From NCBI GenBank assembly GCA_037379345.1, contig CM074514.1, positions 3,286,001 to 3,350,000 on the forward strand: DNA of 64,000 bases, given 5' to 3'. Numbering within the stretch: the first letter of the stretch is position 1; each line of letters opens with the position of its first letter. Both the position numbers and the translations under genes were made by a program. The notes under the pieces were generated by a model that did no database searches, was not told the DNA's origin, and was given only the letters and a program-made list of their open reading frames with translations. The DNA is from Perna viridis. Taxonomy: Eukaryota. Positions 1-12,500 of this stretch are shown here, one piece after another.

Positions 1-2795
1 CTCTATGCATTTATTGTTTAGAATAAGTTTTTTGTAACTTTTTATGGATATCACATCAAAATATTCCTACATCAATCCTAGTTACACTTCTTGTTAACTT
101 ATTTTTTCCGCACTTAAAAAAAGGAGAAAAAACAAAGTTATGGCACTTTAAAGAATTGATTAACGATACTTGGTGGACAAACCCTGAAATAATGTATGTC
201 AAGCATTTTATATGACAATTAAATTAAAACAATCACATCAATATTCATGCAATACCCTTTCAAAATATTTACACATCTTATCTAAGAATGTTTTACAGAT
301 TGTATAGATTTAATTCATCGCAGGTTGGTTCAGTAGTGGGTATGATCTGTAGCATCAGTGATATGAGGAAAGGAGTGGGTACATATATTAAGCCAATGAT
401 TATGGTAACATTAAACTTATTTGTTCTTGATGTATTTTTTTTCGTCTTGTAGATAGGCTTTTGGTATTTGCCATGTAGAGAGAAAATTTGTATGAAAATG
501 TGTCATATACATATATATGTTGGTGTGTGTTTTTGTATCAAACAATCCCTGAACCAATCTGCGCAACTCTTTGACAGGTCGATAGCTGCTGACAGAATGA
601 TCGCTGACCAATTGATGATCGATCTGATCCCAGTTTTGCTATGTAAAATGACAGATGATTGATTGGTTCGTGTAAATTTAGAATTTCAATTGGAACAAAT
701 TTAATATAATACCATATTAAATTTATCTTAAATTTAAGATATTAAATTCATATATTGTAGTGTTAAAAATAAAGCAAATGTAAAATAAAAGTAAGTAATT
801 AATGTTAAGATTTATCGTCGCATGATGTGATCACCGGTGTAATGGATCTGTTTGACAGATTGATGACTGATCAGAAACTCATCAGTGATCAATGACCACA
901 TTTATATACAGGTGCTGCATGTTCTCTTTTCTACTACATGTACTAAAGGCATCTGTTAAACAACCTCAAGACAATATAGAGCATGTCAAAATTTATTGTT
1001 TTTGGGGTTTTTGATCGTTTAGGATCAAATACCTTATGTTGCTGTCCATCACTAGAACTTCCCTACTAAACACTACACAAAAATTTTGTCCAAATGTAAT
1101 TCTTTTCATATCATTCAATACTTCTTTTATAACCAGTAAATAGGTTTCTTGCATTTATTTAGTCCAATAATATTCTTATATTTCTGCAAATAAAATTAAG
1201 ATCTAGTCTTTATATCAACTGAAGACTTGAGGGATTCCTTTTTGGCCTTGAAAGATAGTTAGTAATATATTTGCATTTAGGGAATTTAGTTCTTGCAGTA
1301 ATGTGTTAAGAATGTTCCATTTAACACACTTATCAAATTCTTTATCCTATCATTAATATTTTACCAGAAACAAACAGGAAGTGGAGTGCAGTGATTTTTA
1401 CAATGTGATATTTGTGGGAAAATTAAAATTGATAAAAGTGTCTAGTTATTGAAAGTCTTCTGTTCATCAAGGAAATTATTTTCTAGAACTGAAATTTATT
1501 TGAGTATAATTACAGTGTAGGAGAAATACTCTGAGAACTTGAATGTACATTAACTTTTGGACAGGTTTAAAAATTTTGGAAAAAGGTGAAATGGATGGAA
1601 TAAAATTTGAAGATGTGTGTGAGGTAGGATCAGTAGTATGGAATGACATTCAGTTTATACATATTGGAAAAAAAACAGTTCTTAATATGTAAAATGCAAA
1701 TGTTTGATAACAGTTTTATACTAAATCATATAAAATTTGAAATTTTGTTTATGTTACAATTTCACAAGAATAAAAAAAAAAACCTCCAGTGCTAACAGCA
1801 CTTTGATTTATTTTTGTATTGTAACAAATCTAAGGAGAATTTTAATTTATATCTTTGAGACTACTTGAAAAGTAGAAAAATATGGGACATTCTTTGTACA
1901 GAAAAGCTTCAGTCACCATTGTATTGAGGTTGTTCTAAGCTATATGCTGTAGGATGACTAATAACTAGTTTTGTATTTTTTTGCTTCTACTTATTGAAAT
2001 AAAATTTGTATGACAAGACTTACACAATTGGTTTGTTGTACAATAACTTTACGTTTTATGTTGTTTTAAGCTTTAGTGTTATTGCTGAATGAAATAATGG
2101 ACTCTATTGAAGAACTATTTTCTTTGAACCTTTTGTATTGTTTTCAGGTAAGCTAACCAAACTCTCTAATTATGTAAGACAGTTCTTTTAGATATAGATT
2201 GATCATGATATAAAGTAGAAAGTTATTGTCCTGAACATATCAATAAGTAATTTTTTAACTTTTGAATTTTTAATTTGTACAGTGTTTACTTTGAAAATAT
2301 TTGTTTCATTTTCTGTTTATTGTTAATATAGTTTTGAAAGAAAAATGAAGTTAGTTCTAGACCAATATTTCTTTGTATTAAGAACACATGCTTCAGAACA
2401 AATGTTTAAGTAATATATGGTTTGTAGCCTACATTTCTGTGATAATAGCAAGGGCAGATCCTGTCAAACAATGTCAAGAACTAAACATAAAGTCAATGTG
2501 GTCCATATTTTTTTTGGTATGATGTAACAATGACTGAGGGATTCAATAAAATTCTACTTAATTCATATAAAAACAATACCTGGTATGTTCTGCATTATTT
2601 TCTGACGTTGGGTTTCAAGAGCAAAATAAAATTACATGAATGTGTAAGAAATTAATTGATGCAAAACCTTGATAGGTAAATTGTTCAGTTATTTGGCATG
2701 GAAAAACAGAAGAGTAAATAGACTAATGCTATCCTATAATTTTAACTTCATAGTATGTAATTGATTTTGCCAAATGACAAAAGTGTCATTTAATT

Positions 2796-2940
2796 GTAAC
2801 CATGAAGACTAACATATCATGTATAATCATGGACACTGAAATGTCATGTGTTACCATGGAGACGAATATGTCATGTATAATCATGGACACTGAAATGTCA
2901 TGTGTTACCATGGAGACGAATATGTCATGTATAATCATGG
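2796..2940. promoter_or_regulatory. 27/54-bp tandem repeat carrying RFX X-box motifs
   Basis: GTTACCATGGAGAC at 2850-2863 and 2904-2917; degenerate GTAACCATGAAGAC at 2796-2809. Confidence 0.55.
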
Positions 2941-3074
2941 AATAAATCAAAATAAGAAATTGATTTATATTGTATGTTTCTATCAGATAGCTTGGTATTT
3001 TATTTATTTAAAATTATTTTATGATATAGATGTTTTTCTATGTTATAAATAGCCATAAATCACATGTGAAATAA

Positions 3075-3801
3075 AGAGTAATCAGTTAGAACCAAGATTC
3101 TAGCAGAATCAAAAGAATGTAATCCAGGGACAAAGACCAGAAATGAAAAACAGACAAACACAATAAAAACATAAAATAACTAAAATAATACATACAAAGT
3201 AACAAATGCAAATGAGGAACTTGGACTCCACTAAAAACTGGGAGCATGGACCGGTTGCACTTGTAGGGTAAGCATCCGCTGCTTTTCTAGAAACACCTGC
3301 CAAGTTGTTCATAAAAAGTCAAGTATGGGGTAGACGGAAGGAAAACTCTGACATGATGAACAAATCAGTTTTCATGATGCTGATGGATATATCGTAATGA
3401 TCCATAGTTCATGATGATGACCATAAAACTTCTGTAGTGATGACTTCAATCTTGTAGCAACTTAACCCTGTTCCAGAAGCCTAATTGTAAGAAGTCTAGC
3501 ACGATACAAAAAAATCAGTGTAGATACAACAAGCTCTGGCATAACATATGAGTTGTGATATGATAACTCCATATGTAGATGCTGAAGAAATGTTGCCACA
3601 GATGAAAGGAAAGTTGACAATCCTGAATGAAAAGTCATCATGTTTGTCATATAGTTTTGTCAATATTTTTTCTTTACCATCGATCTCTAAGTGTATGTCA
3701 ATATATGCAGCTGACTTCCCAGTGCCTATAGTATCCTTGATCTCAAGCTCTTTGGAGTAGATGGGATGTATCAAATCCCTGAAACTAGGATTGTTTAACA
3801 A
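3075..3801 (-). mobile_element. Decayed Penelope-like retroelement 3' fragment
   Basis: KLYDKHDDFSFRIVNFPFICGNISSASTYGVIISQLICYARAC resembles the C-terminal RT region of Penelope-like elements; 3075-3292 recurs at 44220-44440. Confidence 0.7.
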
Positions 3802-5315
3802 TAATAAAAAATGTTTTCATGTCAATACACCGCTAAGCTTTCTCTTCTGATGTTTACTTCATGTCAATATCAATCTTGTGATCACAAAATTCAAAATTCA
3901 TTAGAAAATAACAATAAATATTTAAGAAAATTTAACAAATAAATAGAATGATAAATTAGTTGTCATAAATAACCAAAATATGATATACATGGAATCCTTG
4001 GAGATTGGCACTCATATGTTGGTTACTCACACTTTCCATGATTATTTTTTTAAGTTATTAGTTTTGAAGCACCACCTCTTTGTGCAGTAACAAAAGTGAT
4101 GAGGCCCAAGTTTTCTCCTTTTTATTTTTTAGCTCAAATCTCAATGTTGTCTGATATTAAGTCAGAAAGTATGTTTTGATATAATTAGATATTATTTATA
4201 TAGGAATACTCTGAAATAAAATAGAGCATACACATGTTCTGTTCCTTGACATTTTTCTTTATATATATGACATCAAGTACAATTTGAAATGCATTTAGAA
4301 TTTCTCAGAATGTATTGACAACCCCCTACTGAAAGTTATTGCATGAATATTTACACTAGAGTTAAACAAGTTATATATATATTGATTCAGAAGCTGCTTC
4401 GTTTCATTAGAACTTTAGTAACTTAAATATTTGTTTTCTCCATTAGATTAGTTTGAAGTTTATTGACATTGTTATTTATTGTTTCTTAAATTGATTCTTA
4501 AGTCATTAGAGCGCTACCATTTGACAAAGTAAGGAGTGTCTTTACTGCCATGGATAGAGGAATCAAAACTTATAATTTATTGGTAAGTTTAATGCTAACA
4601 TCACATTGATTATAACATTATTACAGGGATTTTTTGTAGAGTGCTTTTTCTTGCAATAGATGTACTTACGTTTTTATGAATAATTTCTAGGAAAAAAGTA
4701 ATAAAATCCACACACACCCCCCCCCCCCAAAAAAAAAAAAGGGAAAAAAAGTAAACGAAAGAAAAAATACATATCTATGAAATATATTTTAATTTGAATA
4801 TAACAGTACAGTTGTTAATTTAAGATACGTATAAAGATAAAATACTTGTTTTAAAAATAATTCATGTGAATTGATTACACACATTCTCACTGACACTCCC
4901 CTGTCAACTCACTTCACATTTAACCACTTTTGATGAAAGTTAAGTATCATTAGAATAGTTCATTTTGCTTTGTTATTTAAGAGTAATAAGGTATTGAGAG
5001 TTGATAGAACTGTTATACTGTGATAGTAGAGGAAGGAAAATACATGGTGGAATGCACCAGCATATAACCTAAATTAAAATATAGATTATTTTAAGAGATC
5101 AACATAAAGATCTTCAACAAGTGTAAACACACCTAACGTAAGCTCTAAAAGGCCCAGAAAACAAAAGTCATAAAATTCATGGTCACTTCCTCAAAAATAA
5201 TTTAAGAAATAAAACCAAATATTGTGTTAGTGTCATAATATTTTTCATCAATTATTTTTTGTGATTTTTTTTTTATATTTTTGTAAAAACAGAACAAACA
5301 AAACTATTTTGTTTA

Positions 5316-5415
5316 TGTTAGTTTCTGACACTTTTGTGTATGTTAGTTTCTGGCACTTTTGTGTATGTTTGTTTCTGTTACTTTTGTGTATGTTAGTTTC
5401 CGGCACTTTTGTGTA
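5316..5415. repeat. 25-bp minisatellite, about 4 copies
   Basis: tgttagtttctggcacttttgtgta units. Confidence 0.8.
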
Positions 5416-5479
5416 AGACTTGTGGCATTTTAGAAATTTGTGTTTTCCATTATTGTTCAAAATCTGTATAAAATTTTTG

Positions 5480-5830
5480 AAAGTTGTTAAAAAAAAGTGT
5501 TCAATCTGGGCATTTAGTATGGATGTAAATAGTTTACCCATACAGTTCAAAATAATAATGGGTCTTTAATTTTTTTTTTATCTGTTTTTGCTACCATATT
5601 TGATGTAAAATGGTATAATATTCACAACTAACCAACTCTCGAGTACAATTCCAGATTCAAATACTATATTGAACAGTTTCAAACAAATTGACATAAGGGA
5701 ATTACATGTTTTGATATACCCTTTTATAATTTGATCATCGACACAGGCTTTTCCATTTATCAAATTCTTAATACAATTTAGAATTTCATCTTCAGAAATC
5801 TTTTCATTTAAGATAGTGTTAGATTTGTCT
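5480..5830 (-). mobile_element. Decayed LINE (CR1/L2-like) RT N-terminal fragment
   Basis: GKACVDDQI..KLFNIVFESGIVLESW..IIPFY..RP..NCMGKLFTSILN, interrupted by frameshifts. Confidence 0.75.
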
Positions 5831-6404
5831 TATCATTATAAAAATTGTCCTCATTAAAACATTTAGTTATGTTGATTCTAAACCTTTCAAGTACATTTTG
5901 TTAGGATATCATACATATAGAATATATTTTGTCTTATCAAGATAAAAATTAATAGTGACTTTGCTTTTAATATGTTTTTTTTTTTTTTTTTCAGAAAGTG
6001 TTGTCAGTTTTTTTTGTGTTCAGTGTTTCAAAGGTCTTATCAGGTATGTCCTAATTTTAGATTTAGTATTCAACCTACCATGAAAAGTTTTTTTTTTGAA
6101 TATTTTCACTTTAAAAAGTAATGAAATATATTGAAATACAATTTTATTAACCAACATATTTTTATTTTTAATTGATCCTGTCATAAAATAAAACATTTGT
6201 AACAAGTAATGAATAAGTTTATCTACTGTGTATTTAAAAAAAAATGTCAAAAATTAAATTAAGTATTTCCTTCTGTAATACAAATTATATACAATGACTT
6301 CTTTTATTGAATTCATTTGATAATGTATCATTTTCAATTAGAAAATGTGAATCAACAATGTGGATGAATCCTGTTGTTGAACTGGAATAAATATTTAGCC
6401 ACAT

Positions 6405-6806
6405 TTTAAGTATCAATCTTTATAAAAAACCAGACAGAAGGTGATTCATGCATGCCAAAGACCCACCAAATTCAGTTTAATTTCTTGTTCATAATCAGTT
6501 ACTGATCACATATCCAGCCTTAGTTTTTCATTGGGTTGTTGCACTTTTGAGAAAAAAAATATATAGATTGTACATGAAATTGGAACTTTGCAAGAGTTAT
6601 CATTCTTGATTTTATTTTGATTTGGTTGATTTTAGTGGGAGATAAATGTAATATTTTCTCAAAAGTGCAGATATGAATACAGAAATAAATATTGTTTTGT
6701 AAATAAATAGCATATGAAAAAGCATTGTTTGTTCGGTGGGTTTTTCTACTACATGGATCACTTTACTATTGGCAGTGTCTGATATTTATGTGGACTTGTA
6801 CTTAAA
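6405..6806. mobile_element. MITE family A (inner inverted repeat AAGGTGATTCATG), copy 1
   Basis: Inverted ends; similar to 10529-10920 and to fragments at 44020-44110 and 61890-62260. Confidence 0.65.
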
Positions 6807-7641
6807 ACTACAATCATGATTAAAATGCATTGTGTGTGTGTGCTGCAGGGCAATATTTCTATTTCTTTATATGAAGATTTAGTTTCATACAATATACATG
6901 ATAGTAAATACTTATATGTAACAGGTAACTTTATAATTAGTCAACTTTTTTCTCCAACTTTCCAGACATCTTTTTTTTACTTTAATTGATCCTCAAACCA
7001 ATAATGGGAGATACTGGAAGAACTTATATGGAATTTGACCAAAAAATTTGTCATTGCCCCTCCTTCAATATGATTAATCGGTGAAGCTGTATAAGATCGT
7101 GACGTTAGTTATTGAAATAGACAGGCTCTTTATAATGAGGTGTACTGATAAATCATGTTGATCAATGCATGTAATGTGTCTTATTGTTATTTTAATTTTT
7201 AGTTTATTCTGAGAAAGTGACATCATTCTGTAATGTGTTAACACTTGTTGAAGACCTTCTAGTGGTCTCTAAAAGTATTTACTGTTTTGTATTTAGGTTA
7301 TATGCTGGTGCATTTTTATGTTTTACCATATCCATTCCTTTTTCTATGATAAGAAATAAACAGGAGTCTCCATGATCTATTTCTATTCTGATGTTTATGA
7401 CTACAATTCAAATTTTCTGAAATATTTTAACCTTTGGTGACCTGTAAACAGAAGACTGCGAGAGACTCCATTAATTGATTTTAGAAAATGACATGAATAA
7501 GCGGAAAAAATAGGAGTCTCCATAAATTATCAAGTCTCCAATATGACTACAAATTTTAAGTATTCTGATCAATTGCAACCAATGGAGATATTCAAAGTTC
7601 TTAATAAACTTTAACAAATCCATTTCTCTTTATAAACTTAC

Positions 7642-8342
7642 TATACCAACCAAGATGCCCTTTATTCACTATACCTATTATGAAGCCCCTTAGAAAAGCA
7701 ACATCTAAGGAATATGGTTGCCCTAATTCGGGGATGACACTATGTGCAAAGTGTTCAAAGTTATAATGGTTTACATCCATAGATCCCATAATTGACACTT
7801 TGGGTCCCCTGTACATGCTATAGGGTGTGTAAGTCTTATCATGTGACCCCGTGATTTCATGAGAATGGGTCCTAGTCTACCATTCAAAAGCATAGTGATT
7901 TTTCATTTAGAGAGCATTGAGTTCAGTGCTAAGGGCAAAAATCTTTCTGTATAAAAAATACCAATAAAAATGACAAATAACTATTTCTACATGATAAATG
8001 AAGTAAGAAAATACATAAACTAGAAGATTTTGCATTGTTATACAGTGTTTTGAGTACCCGGAAGTAACCAATAAAATACAGATCAGTCTCCGGTTTTCAA
8101 TACGTTCTACATCGGAAATTCCGTTTAAGAAAATGAAACTAGAACGAGACTTACATACCTTATACCAACCAAGATGGCCTCTATTCACTCTGCCTATTGT
8201 GTAGCCCCTTAGGAAAGCAACATCAAAGAGGAATATGGTTGCCCTAATTCGGGGATGACACTATGCGCAAAGTGTTCAAAGTTATAATGGTTTACGTCCA
8301 TAGATCCCATAATTGACACTTTCGGTCCCCCGTACATGCTAT
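7642..8342. repeat. About 180-bp direct repeats (7642-7822, 8161-8342) flanking a TA-bounded TIR element (7823-8160)
   Basis: Direct repeats visible by eye; TIRs gggtgtgtaagtct / agacttacatacct. Confidence 0.75.
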
Positions 8343-8632
8343 ACCAACAGTGTTAACATCATTCTGAATTTTTCAGACCCTTGTTTATATATGGTGTAAA
8401 CTGCACTCTTTTACTGATAATGAATATTTTGAAAGTAAGATGTCAGATTTACTGACATTATTCATGTACTGGAAATACTGTAATGTTGTTTTCATGTAAT
8501 TGCAGGCTTGTTATTTTACTGAAATATATCTTATTTTCCACCATGTTTATGATGTTTTAATGTAAGAAAGAAAATGATCTAAATTATTGGTTCTCAAAAT
8601 TAGATTTTTTTGTGATGGGATTTTTCAACTTG

Positions 8633-8912
8633 CATACCTGTTAACCTGTGGGAGATTCTCTCCCAACATCTTTGTCTCATGTGGAAGATTCTCCCCTGTG
8701 TCACTGTCTCGTGTTAGAGATTTTCCCTAATTGTCATTGTCTCATGTGGGACATTTTTACGTAAAAGCAAATTTTTGATGTAATAATTCAATTATTTAGT
8801 ATTTTTTTACAGAATATATAGTTGATTTAAAAAAAAATCTCCCACAAATCTTAAAATTCTCAACTTTTCATTGATTTTGTGGGAGTTTCCCTCTTGAGGG
8901 TGAACAGGTATG
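8633..8912. mobile_element. MITE with CATACCTGTT..AACAGGTATG termini
   Basis: Terminal inverted repeats and internal gggaga/ctccc subterminal motifs. Confidence 0.6.
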
Positions 8913-9233
8913 TTATCTGTGTCAGTATATCTCTGATGTGGGATGGTCAACAGGTATGTTATCTGTGTCGGTATAAATCTAATATAAATATACTATAGAT
9001 CATAGAATTATTTTTTTATACTTCTGAGGAAATTTGATATTTTTTATCAGTAATGGAAAAACAATAATTAAATTAAAGTTTTTAATAACATTGTGAAGTG
9101 ATAAAGGATGCAATATAATATTTTAACATTTCAGATATGCGCTGTTTTTCAGAGCCAGTTTTGCAATGCAAAATGTTTTGAAAAATAGTAAAAATCAGAA
9201 CATTAATTTAATGGAGTGTTTACTTCATTTCAG

Positions 9234-9542
9234 TTTATCATGGATGTTACCAGGATTCCCCAGTCACTAGAGAACTTCATGTAAATCCAGGGAGCTATAA
9301 GCCCTCCAATATTGATGCCACTGAGTGTGAGTCTCTCTGTAGTCAGCTGGGATATGGGTATGCAGGCCTTACAGCAGGCATGGTCTGTTTATGTGGCCAC
9401 ACAATCTCCTCAGGAACATCTGGTACATGTGATGCCACTTGTCCAGGGGACATAACTCAGACTTGTGGTACAAGTGACATCTATGACAGTGTATACACAG
9501 CCCCCGTGGTACTCAGTGGATTCAAGATAGTTCCTGCTTCTG
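9234..9542 (+). CDS. PKD1-like exon: WSC domain
   Basis: ttcag acceptor; YHGCYQD..ECESLCSQLGYGYAGL..CLCG..CDATCPGDITQTCG; gtaagt donor. Confidence 0.9.
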
Positions 9543-12500
9543 GTAAGTACCTTGTAATGATATGTTTTAAAATACTTTAACTGAATTCAAGTAAGGGGCT
9601 AATTATTCAATGGAATGATCATGTGTGTTTAGTTGTTAATCTTATAATGCATATAAGAAAGTTAAAATGATGATAGTGATAGTTTCATGAAAATCAAATA
9701 TCTATATATTTATAGCAAATACTATACAAAAGTTTTTATGATCTTTGACAATCTCCTTTCAAAATGTTGTGTAAAACAAAAAGTGTTTTTTATTTTTTTA
9801 AAGATGTCCTGGAGACTTATGCTCTTAGCACCATTAACTTCAATCTGACTGGAGGAACTAGTGTTACATTTAATGGAACTGTGTTTGATGGAGGACCAAG
9901 CTTTGGACCTATATCCACTCAGTACATAGACTATAACATCCGTCAGTCAGGAGATGTGGCAGTGAAGGCTAGTGCTTCTGATGACATGACTACTCTGTAT
10001 CATGATACAGTACTGAAGGTATGAATTAATACTTCCTTCATTTTTCTGCATACAGAGTTATTCCCATTTGTAAGAGTAGCCTTTCATTAGTACAGGTATC
10101 TTTAACATATATTTTTTTACTCCCATTCAGTTACTACCAATAAGACAGCTTATTGTTTTGTCTGCTGCATAAAGAACTTCTTTCCTTCAAATATTCATTA
10201 TATTGAAGTCCACTTGAACAGATTTTCTAAACTTTTCATGATAATGTTGAACATCAACACTGTGAACTGGTGCACATTTGGGGGTATGAATGAAATACAG
10301 GAAAAAATAATTGCATTATGATAATGTTGACCATCAACACTGTGAACTGGTGCACATTTGGGTATGAATGAAATACAGAAAAAAAATAATTGCATTATGG
10401 TTAATTATACATGTAATGTAATGAGGACTTTTCGGGTGACAAATTAAGTACAAATCAATCAGATCTTTACATACATAGATAAAAAAAAGTATGGACAATA
10501 AAATACAGATGGCATTTAAAATTTACCATTTAAGTAGCACTCTTCATTTAAATCAGACAGAAGGTGATTCATGCATGTCAAAAACACACTAAATTCATTT
10601 CTATTTCCTGTTTACATACAGATCACATAATCAGTCTAGTTCTTCGTTTGGGGGAACTTTGCTTTTGAGATATAATTTATATAGATTGTACCTGAAATGA
10701 ACACTTTGCAGGAGTTATTGTTCTTGATTTGGTTTGATTTGGTTGATTTTAGTGAGAGATAAATTTAGTTTTCTTGAAAGTACAGATCTAAATACAAAAA
10801 GTACTATTATCACAAAAAGGATAGCATATGTAGACCAAAAAAAACCCATTATCTGTTACATGGGTTTCTCTACATCATGAATCACCTTACAATAGGAATT
10901 TTATATGGACTGGTACTTAATTATTAGGAATTATGGCCCCTATCTTCAAACATAAACACAGACCTAATATAATGGATAAAATAAACTGAAAATATCTACT
11001 GTGGCAGTGAAACAGAATTATAACTGTCATATTGAAAAGAGGAAAGCAAAATGCAATGCATTTACCCAGAATAAATTCTGCCATTGTCAAGTTTGAAAAT
11101 ATTTTGCTCAAGTATTCAAAACTTATACATTAGCAATAAGGTTTGAAAGTATACTGATTTACTAATAACTATAATTCCTTTAAAAGGATTATTCATTCGT
11201 TAAATGTGCATATGTGACAGGTTCAAACAAGAGTGAAGCAACTAACATTGACCTGTGAACTTACTGTTGTCATGAGAACCAGATTTGTATGTCATTTGAC
11301 TATTGCCATGGGAACCAGCCTGACCATTTCAGTAGATATGGGTGATGGTACAGTTTACCCTATGCAGTCTCCAGGTAATCATATAAATAAGGCCCCCTCT
11401 AAATAGACACTTCCATTCCATTCCACTAATAGAATAAAAACTCTCCTATCCTTAAATTCTCAAGAACCTGATAGGTAACTAAAAATTGACACTTTTGTTC
11501 TACATGGCCTCAGCTAACATTCTTAAGTTAAATAATAAATAATGCATTACTATCAAAATTCAGCTATTTTTGGATTTTTTATATATAGACTGATTTTTTT
11601 AGTGTTAATATCCCATATGAAAATTGAACTATCAAAAATTTGATTGTAAACATTTTTTTCAGATACAAGAGGGTTTACATCAGGGCAGTCTTCAGGGTTA
11701 ATATCTGGGACATCATATCCAGGTGATATGCTTTACCTTATGCCTGAGCATACCTTCACTTCAAATGGTACAATTGTGGGATTAGAGTTTGAGGCATCAT
11801 CTACAGGCTTAATACATATTCAGGTACTTGTACATCATTTTATATTAATTGGGAAGTATATCTGTTTTTTTCTTAGTTCTGCTACATGTAATTTTATACT
11901 TTCAGGTTTACTTTACATCTTAAGTGATCAGATGTTTTGTTTACATGTTTTTAGGTTTACAAACCAGCATGTACATTAGGCTATACCTATTGTCCAAAGA
12001 GTAATGCATGTATCATGGATGGTTTATCATGTGGCAGTCAGACAACTGCATCTCGCTGGAAACAACAGTGTGGTACTAGTGCTGTCTATAGTCTGGTCAA
12101 AAAGAAATGTGTAGACACAACAAATGGTCAAGTTATACCTAATCCTGTCATCCAAGACTGGTCTCAAATTCCTTTCTCTAACTACACTTTTGCTGGTGAA
12201 ATAATTGTGGATATCATAAATACAGGTCAACAGTTTTATGAAGTCCCAGATTCTGACTTATTGTCTGTTTCGATGGGAGATATTTTGGCTATCAAAGAGC
12301 CTGCTGGTAAATTGGCCATTAGGGATTCAACAGGAAAACATTATGAATTCTACTATGATGTAAATAGTGATGGTAATTGGGCTACTAGAACATCATTGGG
12401 GTACAACTTGTTGACTACTCCTACTGTATTTGAAGGACAGCACGCTCTGAAAATGTTCCTTGAGAAACCATCAAGAATTAAGTTTCGTCACACATTCACT

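Noticed and set aside
4550-6924. Possible first exons (4550-4582 MDRGIKTYNLL and 6849-6924) that are phase-compatible with exon 9234
   Set aside because: The joined peptide lacks a convincing signal peptide and other candidates exist (for example 2097-2147); needs transcript data.
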